Assembly (NCBI RefSeq): GCF_006345805.1
Contig: NC_043021.1
Location: 6,014,001-6,078,000, forward strand
From: Octopus sinensis
Taxonomy: Eukaryota
Length of the DNA stretch: 64,000 bases
Direction of reading: 5' to 3'
This document shows positions 13,101 to 24,817 of the stretch, one piece after another (positions within the stretch are counted from its first letter, which is position 1; each line of letters opens with the position of its first letter). Made by a program: the position numbers and the translations under genes. A model generated the notes under the pieces. The model was not told the DNA's origin, did not search any database, and worked only from the letters and a program-made list of their open reading frames with translations.

Positions 13101-15047
13101 TTTTGTTTTGGTGCCCGGGTCAGCCCCTCAGACGCTTTCGGAACTTCCCGATGTGAATTTTCCGAGGCCTCTCCCCCACCCCCTTTCGCGTGCGCGAATT
13201 TTTTTTTTCATATTCGTTCATAGGAAGTTGTTTTACACCTATTACACACATTTTTTTTTGATTTTCTGATATTTGTTACGCCCTATATTAACCCAGAGTT
13301 CTTATTGCTCAAGAAGGATGTTTCGGAGAACACTGATTCCTTGATGCATGAAAAAAAAAATATATATTTTGTTTAACCACAGGCTAGTGACCATCCAGTA
13401 GGTCTAGGATCAAAAATGGCCCAGCAATGAATAATTTGTCTTTAATTCAGACAGTTTATCTATGAGGACTATATTGCTGCAGTGTGATTACATTCTTGCT
13501 TATTGCAATGTCAACCCTCATCCTATCATGAAAAAAACGTTTCAACCATGACCATCCAATCGACGCAATGTCTCCTTACCATAAGACAATAGGGTGTTAT
13601 TTAAGGAGATTTGACTGCTATTTCTAGCACAGTGAACATCATTCAGGCTAGAACGGTGGTTCTTAAAAGGGGTCCATATAAGATTTTTGGGGTGTCCACT
13701 TCACAAAATAGTAAATTGGGGATCCACAATAGTATTTTAAGGGCCCCTGAAAAAAATTTTTGCTTTAGACGTATGCATTGCAAAAAACAGGTTTCTTTCT
13801 CTAACATTTTACAGAGTTCAGTCGACACAAGTTGATATCTAAAACAAGACAGAAATTTTTTAAAAAGTTTCTATAAAAGAAGTTTTTAAAATGGTTGAGA
13901 AAAACTGGGCTAGAATATAACTGAAAAAGGGGCTGAAATATTTCGATTGGCATGATCAACGAGAGCAGTCTTAGGGACTAAAAAAGCAAAAGGATTTCTT
14001 CCTACTCTATTAGCCATACACGTGGTCACACATTTTTGAAGGAATAATCGACTTTATCGGAGATTTTATACAAATATCTCTAAGATGGCGTAGATTAGGA
14101 TTATATCGGAATTTTATATGAAAGTTGGAGAGCTCGCAGACATACGTACTAGCAAACATCAAAAATAAAATTTGAAATTGCGAAAAAAATTGTGATGCGT
14201 TAAGTATGTATGCACCCACCATTTTATTTTTTTCATTTTTTTTTTTTGCCTATTAAACCCCAATATAATTCTAATCTACACCACCTGAAAGGTATTTGTA
14301 AAAGTTTCCTTACAAAACAGACGGAGGGGAGGAGTGTTCATAATTATTATTTTTTTTTTTTTTCGAAAAATTTGAAATTTTACAAAATTTTTTTTTTTGC
14401 AATCAACCTTCGTATTTTTCTAAGTTTCGCAAAAAAAAAAATTAAAAATTGGAGGGAGGGATTAAAATTTTGAAATGCCGATTTTTTTTCGCAGATTCGG
14501 AATCTCCGCAGTCGAAAAAGTGGGTTTCTGTAGAAAGATAAAACAAAATCGAAAGATGGGGTACAATCCGTGTCTTTTTTACCTTCCGTTCATATTTTCT
14601 CTCTTCTATGAGAAAACAAAATCGTTGAACACATGCGTAGGTGTGCCAAATGATATTCATTCATTCTTTTTTGAGGGAAAAAAAAAATACAATTTTGATA
14701 CTTTAAAAATGCATCTAAAATAATTCAGTAAAAAAAAAATTATTTTAGTATGCTTCAATAACAAATTATTAAACTAAAGAAACAAATTTAGGAAAAGGAC
14801 AGACAGGACAATAATCGTGGATAATATTTGATCATAGAAAAACAGTACGAACCGAGGAAATTCATAATGATTGGCGTCGGTAAATACTAAGAACTCTGGC
14901 GTTCCGTGCAGAACTAGACATGTCGTTTAGTTTTGCAGGAAGCAGATTAAATAACCAAATCAAATGTAAAACAGTAGATTACCCGCGAAGTGTCAAGCCG
15001 TGCATCTTGAAAGTGTTCATCAACTCGACTTTAAGTTTCGACGCCAT
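1100..15047 (-). CDS. POLE2: DNA polymerase epsilon subunit 2, coding exons 1-7 (gene continues beyond position 1)
   Basis: Exons 14983-15047, 10013-10113, 7290-7365, 5410-5487, 3424-3517, 2000-2071 and 1100-1183 all have GT-AG boundaries and compatible phases. Spliced translation: MASKLKVELMNTFKMHGLTLRGEASKFLLEHL...ENAFSVIDAFSVPRYTYADERKKF...LFKDRYMLLYQRTMRHHLFTPPAIG...[31 protein letters not shown]. This matches the POLE2 N-terminus as I recall it (human AFKLRGLLLRGEA, AFDIPRFVYNSERKKF, RHELFTPPVIG, LGMITQLKE). Confidence 0.96.
2000..2071 (-). CDS. POLE2: POLE2 exon 6 (RTMRHHLFTPPAIGNMDENSQKFQ)
   Basis: Acceptor ttcttcag, donor CAG|GTACGC; 72 nt; phase 0 to 0. Confidence 0.94.
2439..2812 (+). 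mobile_element. tRNA-derived SINE (family C)
   Basis: Head tggcccagtggttagggcagcggactc...ggtttcgattccc with A/B boxes. Near-identical copy at 43828-44220; variants at 23068-23401, 37702-38040 and 62920-63210. Confidence 0.8.
3424..3517 (-). CDS. POLE2: POLE2 exon 5 (NQELGLSPPLLHGQPADLGKLFKDRYMLLYQ)
   Basis: Acceptor cataaacag, donor CAG|GTGAGT; 94 nt; phase 2 to 0. Confidence 0.93.
4130..4590 (-). mobile_element. Degenerate RTE-type LINE 3' fragment
   Basis: Frame TAVLHGSGTWALMTEDLQRFERNEARMLCWM resembles the RTE ORF C-terminal region; contains stops and frameshifts. Confidence 0.7.
4622..5209. mobile_element. piggyBac-like MITE with a nested SINE (about 4763-5128)
   Basis: TTAA|CCCTTT...AAAGGG|TTAA; same family as the copies at 22378, 36095 and 56753. 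Confidence 0.8.
5410..5487 (-). CDS. POLE2: POLE2 exon 4 (ENAFSVIDAFSVPRYTYADERKKFIL)
   Basis: Acceptor gatttcag, donor TT|GTAAGT; 78 nt; phase 2 to 2. Confidence 0.94.
6438..6800 (+). mobile_element. Hero/R2-group non-LTR retrotransposon fragment (restriction-like endonuclease domain)
   Basis: PDVLMW...IVELTVPHEDNMDDARARKLNRY...GWKAEHFPIEVECRGFVG is a PD..D/E RLE motif; it continues frameshifted as HWIWLKRDD. Confidence 0.75.
7290..7365 (-). CDS. POLE2: POLE2 exon 3 (LTSSLIDRFTCMTALQECVAGDEHDG)
   Basis: Acceptor tttcttag, donor GG|GTAAGT; 76 nt; phase 1 to 2. Confidence 0.92.
8180..8565 (-). mobile_element. (GAT)n-tailed SINE-like repeat (family B), representative copy
   Basis: Shared core ggaagggcatccagctgtagaaac...ccatgctagcatggaaa...ttaaacgatgatgat. 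Copies at about 290-425, 10668-10940, 19390-19590, 23570-23790, 36950-37450, 43290-43720, 46540-46720 and 51408-51780. Confidence 0.8.
9190..9740 (-). mobile_element. Degenerate RTE-type LINE 3' fragment
   Basis: LREKLSLRG...QERGLCWYGHVMHMDENSCVKKC carries the RTE WYGHV motif; related to 4130-4590. Confidence 0.7.
10013..10113 (-). CDS. POLE2: POLE2 exon 2 (EASKFLLEHLETMKASKRMQMIDKILENIMKQP)
   Basis: Acceptor tttttcag, donor T|GTGAGT; 101 nt; phase 2 to 1; lies inside the listed ORF 10005-10232. Confidence 0.93.
10237..10458. mobile_element. piggyBac-like MITE (second family)
   Basis: TTAA|CCCTTTAG...CTAAAGGG|TTAA; 222 bp; different internal sequence. Confidence 0.75.
11388..13293. mobile_element. 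Foldback-type non-autonomous DNA transposon with ~620-bp TIRs and 8-bp TSD
   Basis: Arms 11388-12007 and 12677-13293 are near-identical reverse complements with GGTTAATATAGGG termini. CAGAGTTC is duplicated at 11380-11387 and 13294-13301. About 130-155-bp subrepeats occur inside the arms. Confidence 0.9.
13654..13907. mobile_element. hAT (Charlie-like) MITE
   Basis: Termini CGGTGGTTCTT...TTGAGAAAAACTG; 8-bp TSD GGCTAGAA at 13646-13653 and 13908-13915. Confidence 0.75.
14983..15047 (-). CDS. POLE2: POLE2 coding exon 1 (MASKLKVELMNTFKMHGLTLRG)
   Basis: ATG at 15047-15045; 65 nt; donor GG|GTAATC, phase 2. Confidence 0.93.
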
Positions 15048-15054
15048 GTCAATC

Positions 15055-15067
15055 TTTCCCGCCAAAA
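15055..15067 (-). promoter_or_regulatory. E2F-binding site immediately upstream of the POLE2 start codon
   Basis: TTTCCCGCCAAAA on + (TTTTGGCGGGAAA on -) matches the TTTSSCGC consensus. It sits 8 nt 5' of the ATG in a locally CpG-rich region. POLE2 is an S-phase replication gene. Confidence 0.65.
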
Positions 15068-17448
15068 TATCGACCGGTGTCACCTAACTTTTATGCCCTG
15101 TTTATTAGTTCCAGCCGAGAAGTTTTGTATTTGACCTGTATTTAACTCAATTCGTGAGTCGATACAAATTTCGTCTGTGTCAAGGGAAAACAATTTTTTT
15201 ATTCTAGCCTCGATACATTCGAGTAAAAATTCAACCAGCGCAATGAAGTTAAGCCCAGAAAGTATCTCCACATGCTCTAAACAACAGCCAAATCTCTTGA
15301 AATTTTTTTTATAACCCCCTCGGTTTTTTTTTTCTTCTAAAAATACTCATTGGACTGCGGCCATGCTGGTGCACTAGCTTGAAGAATTTTTGGTCGCAGA
15401 AAAATCAGCATTTTAAAATATATATTTAGTCTTTTGTTTTCTTCTCTCGGGGCTTACAGATTAATAAGAATAAGGTGACCTTTTGACATTTCTCCGGCCG
15501 CTGAAGGGCTAACAGAAGGCTAATCATTCGAACATACTACCTATCGTTTCCCTAAATAGGGAGATGGCTGTTTCTCCACAAAAATGACAAATTCTGGGTT
15601 TTGTGGGGGAAAAAAACGTGCCAGAGATATGTACAATATTTACTTTCATTTTATGTGTATATATTTATATATATATATATAGTCATTCAAACATACTTCT
15701 TATCGTTTTTATATTTCTACACATTTCTGGAATGGAAGTAAATGCTTTCCTTTTTGTTAGAATTCAGGCATTTTGTACATTGAAGTACCCTATTATTGAT
15801 TTTGATTTATTTTCATTTTCAAACTTTAAAACTATCCTAAAAGCGAGGAACCATACTATTGTGAGGGACATAGAGGTTTTGACACCGTTTTTCGATTGAA
15901 TATATTTTGTTTACATAAAAATTGGAATTTTGGAAAATAATTTTTGGATCTAGTCTTTCTTATTCGCAAAATCAGTCCCTAATTTTTTATGTACAACCGC
16001 GATTTCCAGTTTTGCTCACGTGAAATTATAAAAAAATTTTGTAAGATTTAGCTGTCATTTCTAGCATGTGGAGAGATCTTCTAGGCTTAACTGTATGTGC
16101 TAGTTGAAAATCACCTAAAAAAGATTCTGGGGTCGATACATTCGACTAAAAATACTTTAAGGCATGACCGCAGTCCAGTGACTGAAACAAGTAAAAAGAT
16201 TTTAAGAAAATAAAAAAAAACGAAGAATAACCATAAAAAATATACCTGGGCGGAGTGGTTATAAAAAATTTTCGAGAGATTTGGCTGTTATTTCTAGCAT
16301 GTCGAGAGACCTAGGCATAACTTCATGCGCTGGTCGAAAATCATCTAAAAATTCCTCATTGTGGTGCCCCAGGATGGCTGCAGTTCAATGACTGTAAAAA
16401 TTAACACTTCTTCTCCAAGCCTAGATTCAAAACCGAATCTAAGAATTCTCGGTCGTCCAAACCACTACGATCAACAGGCGCGAAAAAAGGTTTTTCTTGT
16501 GATTGATCATCTCCCTCTGACCTACGACCTCTGCCATGTCAGGCGAAGTTCAAATGGACAGGAGCTGACCTAATTTAGGTACAAACTCTGCTGCTGTATG
16601 TCTGTCCTTCTAGCTGCCACGGTGGTCAACAGACTTGGGGAGAAAGGCCTAGCAGGCAAAGGAGCAAGGTCGCAGAGACCCGAGAGAAATATTCGAAGTT
16701 CCACGGTAGACTACTGATCTCAGATGAACTACGCACACACACATACACACACACAAACATATTCATTTCCGACACATCACTTCCACAGATGTACCCTATT
16801 TCTATTTCTAGCAGTTGTCAACATTTTGCATGTAGTGAAGAATTATACTCTTTTACTTGTTTCAGTCATTTGACTGCGGCCATGCTGGAACACCGCCTTT
16901 AGTTGAGCAAATCGACCCCGGAACTTATTCTTTGTAAGCCCAGTACTTATTCTATCGGTCTCTTTTGCCGAACCGCTAAGTGACGGAGACGTAAACACAC
17001 CAGCATCGGTTGTCAAGCAATGCTAGGGGGACAAACACAGACACAAACACACATACATACACATATATATATATACGTATATACGACAGGCTTCTTTCTG
17101 TTTCCGTCTACCAAATCCACTCACAAGGCATTGGTCGGCCCGGGGCTATAACAGAAGACACTTGCCCAAGATGCCACGCAGTGGGACTGAACCCGGAACC
17201 ATGTGGTTGGTTAGCAAGCTACTTACCACACAGCCACTCCTGTGTACCAACGTCAAATTAAGTCCAGTGAATAAATTATTTTAAACTACAAATCGATTCA
17301 CTCATTTGTTTACTTCAGAGACGTACGCATTCCTTTTGCATCTGTTCACCAGATACACACACACATAACCACTACAATTGCAACGAGTAAAAAGAAAGCA
17401 AAAATTAATTATACTACAGAAGTGGTTTTGATCAAGCTTAAAAAAAAT

Positions 17449-17633
17449 GGATCTTTTCCTTTTGATGGACGGAATTTTCTAGTTAACTAAACAATTTGAA
17501 ACTTCGTATACTGGTAGAATGTGTCAAAAGAAAACATTATTGTAAACAAAATTGTAATTTGTAAGTTTAACGTAGTTTAATTCTTCGACTTTTAACCAAA
17601 AAGAAAATTCCGTCCATCAAAAGGAAAAGATCC
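17449..17633. mobile_element. 185-bp MITE with 32-bp perfect TIR (GGATC termini, Merlin/Mutator-like)
   Basis: ggatcttttccttttgatggacggaattttct ... agaaaattccgtccatcaaaaggaaaagatcc; 9-bp flanks aaaaaaaat / aaaaaagat match at 8 of 9. Confidence 0.75.
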
Positions 17634-20351
17634 AAAAAAGATTCTGGGTTCCATACAGCCATCTAAAAATTCTTCAAGAGGGTGCCCCAGCATGGCCGGC
17701 CACAGTCTAATAACTGCAACAAGTAGACTAGAAATTCTGGGGTCAATACATTCAACTAAAAATTCTAAAAACAAAAAAAGCAACCAAAAAATATAACCAT
17801 GGGGTTTTTGTCCTAGGGGGCTTTTGTCCAGACCCCATTGTTTATAATGCTTCAATCTGCTATAAACTTCACAAAAAATAATTTCTTGCAATCGAGAAAT
17901 GCTATTAAAAAACTGCATTGAAATTCTATTATTGGTCATTCAGCTCAAAGGTACTGTGTGGTGTAGTGGTTCCCAACCCTTTTATCCTCTTATTTAAATG
18001 AGTTTTAACATGCTTTATATATATATATATATACTCTTTTACTTGTTTCAGTCATTTGATGGGGCCATGCTGGAGCACCGCCTTTAGTCGAGCACATCGA
18101 CCCCAGAATTTTTTCTTTGTAAGCCTAGTACTTATTCTATCAGTCTCTTTTGCTGAATGTAAACACACCAGCATTGGTTGTCAAGCGATGTTGGTGGGGA
18201 CAAACATATACACACACACATATATATATATATACATACGACGGGCTTCTTTCAGTTTCCGTCTACCAAATCCGTTCACAGGGCTTTGATTGGCCCGAGG
18301 CTATAGTAGAAGGCACTTGCCCAAGGTGCCACGCAGTGGGACTGAACCCGGAACCATGTAGTTCGTAAGCAAGCTACTTACCACACAGCCACTCCTACGC
18401 CTATATATATATATATGTATAAAATATGAATTCGAGATAAAAGCCAAACAGTGATAGACATAAACCAACACATAAATAACAAATAATATAAATATAATTA
18501 ATATAATATATATATAAAATTTAAATTAAAATTTTTTTTTTCCAAAATGTATAAAAAGAATGATAAATATAATATAATACGTAAAAACACTATGTCCGTT
18601 TCATGAACCCAGAACTATGTGGTTGGGAAACAAGCTTCTTACCACACGGCCACACCTGCACCTATTTCTTTTACTTGTTTCAGTTATTTAACTGTAGCCA
18701 TGCTGGAGCACTGCCTTAAAAGGTTTTTTTTAGTTGAAAAAAATGATTTAATCTTTGTAAGCCTGGTACTTATTGTATTGGTGTCTTTTGCCAAACTGCT
18801 AAGTTACAGCGACTTAAACACACTAGCATCGGCTGTCAAGCAATGGTAGGGGAGACAGGCACACATGTACACTAATATGTACATATATACATATATATCT
18901 ATCTGTTATGTCGATTATGCATTGATGTAAGAATAAGTTGTTCTATAAAGCTCGAAACATATGTACCGCAACATCCTTTGTGTCCTGTTTTTCATTTATT
19001 TCATTTGATACATATATATATATATCAAAGTATCATTAGAGACAGAAATCTCCATAAATTCATCAAATCAGAATATAAATCCAATCATGTCATAGAATAA
19101 TATATTTAATACTTACTGTTCATGTTCAAAATTGTCGACTACACCTGTTTCATGAGGTTGTATACTATGTTCTTGAGACACACAGTCTCTTACAGAACTA
19201 CCTCTTATATACAATCCCAATCTTCAGGTCCACCTATCCCCCATTTATAATTTTATTTATCATTATGTATTTCAACTTACAGGTATGTATAAATAAATTT
19301 GTGGTATGTCAAAACATATATATGTGTAAATATATATAAATACATTTATTGAACCCTGCTGAAAGAAGCCTGTTGTATACATACATCAACATCATCGTTG
19401 TTTAACGTCTGCTTTCCATGCTAGCATGGGTTGGACGGTTCGACTGGGGTCTGGGAAGCCAGAAGGCTGCACCAGGCCCAGTCTGATCTGGTAGTGTTTC
19501 TACAGCTGGATGCCCTTCCTAACGTCAACCACTCCGAGGGTGTAGTGGATGCTTTTTACGTGCCAGATGAGGCTGGTAACGGCCACGATCGGTTATGGGC
19601 TTCTTTCAGTTTCTGTCAACCAAATTCACTCACAAGGCTTTGGTTAGCCCAAGGATCCAGTAGAAGACACTTGTCATAGCTGCCACGCAGTAGGACTGAA
19701 CTTAGAACCTTGTGGTCAGGAAGCAAGCTTCTTATCACACAGCCATGCCTGGGTTTACTACTCTTTTACTCTTTTACTTGATTCAGTCATTTGACTGTGG
19801 CCATGCTGGAGCACCGCCTTTAGTCGATCAAATCGACCCCGGGACTTATTCTTTGTAAGCCCAGTACTTATTCTATCGGTCTCTTTTGCCGAACCGCTAA
19901 GTGACGGGGACGTAAACACACCAGCATCGGTTGTCAAGCAATGCTAGGGGGACAAACACAGACACACAAACACACGCACACACACATATACATATATACG
20001 ACAGGCTTCTTTCAGTTTCCGTCTACCAAATCCACTCACAAGGCATTGGTCGGCTCGGGGCTATAGTAGAAGACACTTGCCCAAGATGCCACGCAGTGGG
20101 ACTGAACCCACAACCATGCGGTTGGTTAGCAAGCTACTTACCACACAGCCACTCCTGCGCCTATTATATTTTTTTAAATATTTTTTTAAAAAGAAAACAA
20201 TGAACACCAATTTAGTTTAAATAAAACATTTTTTGTAACTGTTTTACTTTTTTTAATGAATGAAAATACATGAATTATTTTTTTAAATGTCTGGAAAATG
20301 AAAAGAGCAGCACCGTATATGGTACTCTGCTTAATCAGTGAGTCGTTCTTT

Positions 20352-20456
20352 CTAATTACCATTTTCGTCTTTCACTACTTTGCGTACGGGATCCCGAGTG
20401 GCCATTAACTCGTTTAGTTCCTTTACAACGGGACAATCTTCAGGGGCCAAATTCTT
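20352..20456 (-). CDS. LRRC71: LRRC71 last coding exon ([34 protein letters not shown])
   Basis: Acceptor aacatgcag; TAG stop at 20354-20352; 105 nt. Confidence 0.92.
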   Translation of the reverse strand, partial: KNLAPEDCPVVKELNELMATRDPVRKVVKDENGN

Positions 20457-22789
20457 CTGCATGTTATAAAGGAGAGAGAGAGAGAGAGAAGGGAAGAACA
20501 TATGAGAATATTTACAATATACACATTTACACACACACACACCTGCAATATACACATACATACACACACACACACAAAAACATGCGCATACATGTATATA
20601 CATGTGTGTAATAGTATATCGTTATTATCATACACACACACATACATACATATACACAAACACACACACACACACACACAAAACATACATACACTTACAC
20701 ATGCATACATGTATATATATGTGTGTAATTGTATATCGTTATTATCATCCTTGCTTTTACATCTACTTTTCCATGGTTGCATGGGTTGGATGGAATTCTG
20801 CTGAGTTGGATTTCCTATGGTCCAGATGCCCTTCCTGTTGCCAACCCTCACCTGTTTCTAAGCAAGGTAATATTTCCCCCCATGTCAAGACGTGATTGCA
20901 TGGAAGATCAGGAGTGAAGGACACTGATTGCACGATGGCGACACTCATTTACAACTATCATACGCTGTCAAGGCAAGGAGACAGTTACACACACACCTAC
21001 ACACACATACATCCACACATGCATGCATATATATATTCACATATACATGTACATTTAAGGCAGCAAGCTGGCAGAAACGTTAGCATGCCGGGCGAAATGC
21101 TTAGAGGTATTTCGTCTGCCGTTACGTTCTGAGTTCAAATTCCGCCAAGGTCGACTTTGCCTTTGATCCTTTCAGTACCAGTTACACACTGGTGTCGATG
21201 TAATTGACTTAATTTCTTTGTCTGTCCTTGTTTGTCCCTTCTGTGTGTAGCCCCTTGTGGGTGGTAAAGAAATAATATACAGATATATGATGAGTTTCTT
21301 TCAGTTTCCATCTACCATATCCACTCATAGGGCATTGGTTGGCCCAGAGCTATAACAGTAGACACTTGCCCAAGGTTTCACTGAATAGTGAACCATACCA
21401 CACTGTTGCACCTACAGACAGCTAGGTAAACTGTTGACAGAAGAAACCCACCATTGCCCTATCAGGCTGTTGTTAGGGATCCTAATCACTCAAGTATCTG
21501 TGTTTTCTTGAGAGGGGCAGTTTAGGTCTTCAAATAGACAGTCCCCTATTTTGAATGATGATACAACGATTTCACAGCTAAACTGGACAAGTTGAGCTGT
21601 GTATCATAGTCAGTTCACCCACTGGAATATTAAAGCCGAGAGCTAAGGAGTATTGACCTAAGATTTTTCTACTTACCTTAACTTACAAAAACATAGAGTT
21701 CACTACTCACCTTAATTCTCAAACAAAGAAGTCCAGGGAACAGACCAGATTGTTCAGGGATATTCTGGTCTGATTGTCTCTTCATGGAATCTAGTAACTC
21801 TTTAATGCCATTGGAGGTAATCTTGTTACCTGATTAATAAATAACCAATGTTGTTGATGTTTCAATCTTAATTGAACAGAACAAGATGAGATGATCACAG
21901 CTGGAATATTTTTGAACTATGATCAAAGATATTTTAACCATGACCATCACATTTATTTATTTGACTAGGCATAGTGTACTCTAAACTACATCATTTATAT
22001 GTCCTTTCCCTTTTTGAAGATAGTGAAGTGTGATTTGATTTGTTTAGTGTTTCTAGTAGATTGAACAATCTAGCTAACTGATCCGCTGTTGTTGTTTAAA
22101 CCCAGATTAAGTCTGATCCAACAGATCTATCATCAGATGTGTTCCAGTAGTGACCATCCTACTATATTTTTAGTTAATGTATTTCAGAGTAAATCAACTA
22201 ATTGTACAGTGATGTGTAATCCATTTAAATGCGATCCCCAGAGTAGTTTTCCACTCCTATCTTCTGCCAATGATGGATCACTTAAAAAATAATAAAAAGT
22301 ACAAAATAACTAATGTTAAGTAGTAACCCAGGCCTTGTGAGTGGAACTGGATAGATGGAATTTATAAAGGAGTTTAACCCTTTCGTTACCAACCCGGCTG
22401 TAACCGGCTCTGAGTACAAATGTCTTGTTTTCATAAGTTTTGAATTAAAATCTTCCACCAAACCTCAGACACAATTTATGTTCCTAACACTAGCTGAATG
22501 ATAACTAAGTTATTTTACTAAATTCTTTGTTATATATAAAGTAATTGAAAGAAACACAGAGCATCTCAAAATAAATACAGTAATGAAAGGGTTAGTTACA
22601 GTTCTATATTTAAGAGATGAGGAATTATGTACATTATTTACATTATTTATATTTGACGGATATTTGTCCTCATCTTGTTTGTTGCTAACACAATGTTTTG
22701 GCTGATATACCCTCCAACCTTCCTTCAGATGTCTTGGGGAAATTTCGAACCTGGGTTCTCATTCCTAAGGTATTTTTCGATGTTGCTGC

Positions 22790-22845
<56 letters not shown>

Positions 22846-24771
22846 TATTATTATTATTGTTGTTGTTGTTGTTCAGGTCACTGCTTGGAATCGAACTTGG
22901 AATCTTGGGGTTAGTAGCCCGCACTCTTAACCATTACGCCATATGCCCACGGGCATATGGCGTAAATAATGTAATAGTAGTAAACTGTTTCAGCTTTGAC
23001 TGATTTTACCTCAGATTCACATCTAACAGTTATTTGTGTGTGTCATTAGAGTGGTAAGTTACATAACGTGAGGGCGCGTGGCTTAGTGGTTAGGGCATTC
23101 GGCTCATGATCGTAAGGTTGTGAGTTCGATTCCCGGCGACGCGTTGTGTCCTTGAGCAAGACACTTTATTTCACGTTGCTCCAGTCCACTCAGCTGGCAA
23201 AAATGAGTTGTACTTGTATTTCAAAGGGTCAGCCTTGTCACTCTCTGTGTCACGCTGATTATCCCCGAGAACTACGTTAAGGGTACACGTGTCTGTGGAA
23301 TGCTCAGCCATTTGCACGTTAATTTCACGAGCAACCTGTTCCGTTGATCGTATCAGCTGGGACCCTCGTCGTCGTAACCGGCGGAGTCTAAGTCTAAGAA
23401 GAAGTTACATAACCAGCTGTGTCATACTGACTGGAACATGAGGCCGGAAGTCAGATAACCAACTGCATTACAGGGGCAGTGGGTCACATAACCAGTGAGA
23501 TCAATTAAAGATTTTCTAATGTACATAGTATCAAGTATGTCAGCATAGTGGAGTGCATGCCTTGCTAAATCATCATCATCATCGTTTAACGTCCGTTCTC
23601 CATGCCAACATGGGTTGGACAGTTCGACCGGGGATCTGGGAAGCCAGGAGGCTGCGCCAGGTTCCAGTCTGATCTGGCAGTGTTTCTACGGCTGGATGCC
23701 CTTCCTTACGCCAACCACTCCGTGAGTGTAGTGGGTGCTTTTTACGTGCCACCTGCACAGGTGCCAGGCGAGGCTGGCAACGGCCACGATCGGGATGAAA
23801 ATTTGAATTCAGCACCACAGAATGAGAGAGCCTCTTTGTTGTTGCTTGAACTGTTAGAAACAGCAGCCAAATTTCCTATAAATCCTACCATCTTGAAAAT
23901 GGAAAGAACACATTAGTCCAGGGTACACTATGTCTGAGTAAAAGACAAGTCACATTAAGTAATGTAGTCCTAGATATACTGTCTGAATAAAAGACTATAC
24001 ATTAGATAAAGTAGTCCTAGATACACTTAGTCTTGCATAGTCACCATTAAAGCTATATAACCACAACACCATATTATGCCACACTGCACCACATTACATC
24101 ACATCACACTACTATAGTCCTAGATATACTATGTCTGACTAGAGGACAATACATTCAATAATGTAGCCCTAGATACACTTAGAACTATATAACTACAATA
24201 ACTTATTATGCCACACTGCACCACATTATGTCACATCACACTGCTGTAGTCCTAGGTACACTATGCCTAGACTGGTCATAACTAGGTAAATGATGAGAAA
24301 AATATACTCACGGGATAAATCTAAGCATTTGAGCATTTTATTGCCAGTAACCCAAAGTTCTTTATGTATACTGTTGTATTCAACTTTACCCATGAGAGGA
24401 TGGCCATGTTCCATGATGGTTATTCCCTGCAATTATCAGAATGTTTGTATTTTGTCGTTATATGATACCAGTAAGATAGCGGGTTGGCAGAATCGTTAGC
24501 ATGTTGGACAAAATGCTTAGTGATCAAATATCACCTTTGAGCAACAGATGACAATTATGCTGCTATAGGAAGGAAATAAAAAGGAAGGGAAATGTGGATA
24601 ATTTAGGGGAACAAAATTTCAAAGAGGCAATGGCGGTGTGGTAAGTAGCTTGTTTACCAGGTTCAGTCCCACTGCGTGGCACCTTGGGCAAGTGTCTTCT
24701 GCTATAGCCTCGGGCCGACCAAAGCCTTGTGAGTGGATTTGGTAGACGGAAACTGAAAGAAGCCCGTCGTA

Positions 24772-24817
<46 letters not shown>

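Noticed and set aside
15080-15271. 63-aa ORF upstream of POLE2 as a possible extra exon
   Set aside because: It has no recognisable homology and overlaps promoter and repeat sequence. POLE2 already has a well-matching start at 15047.
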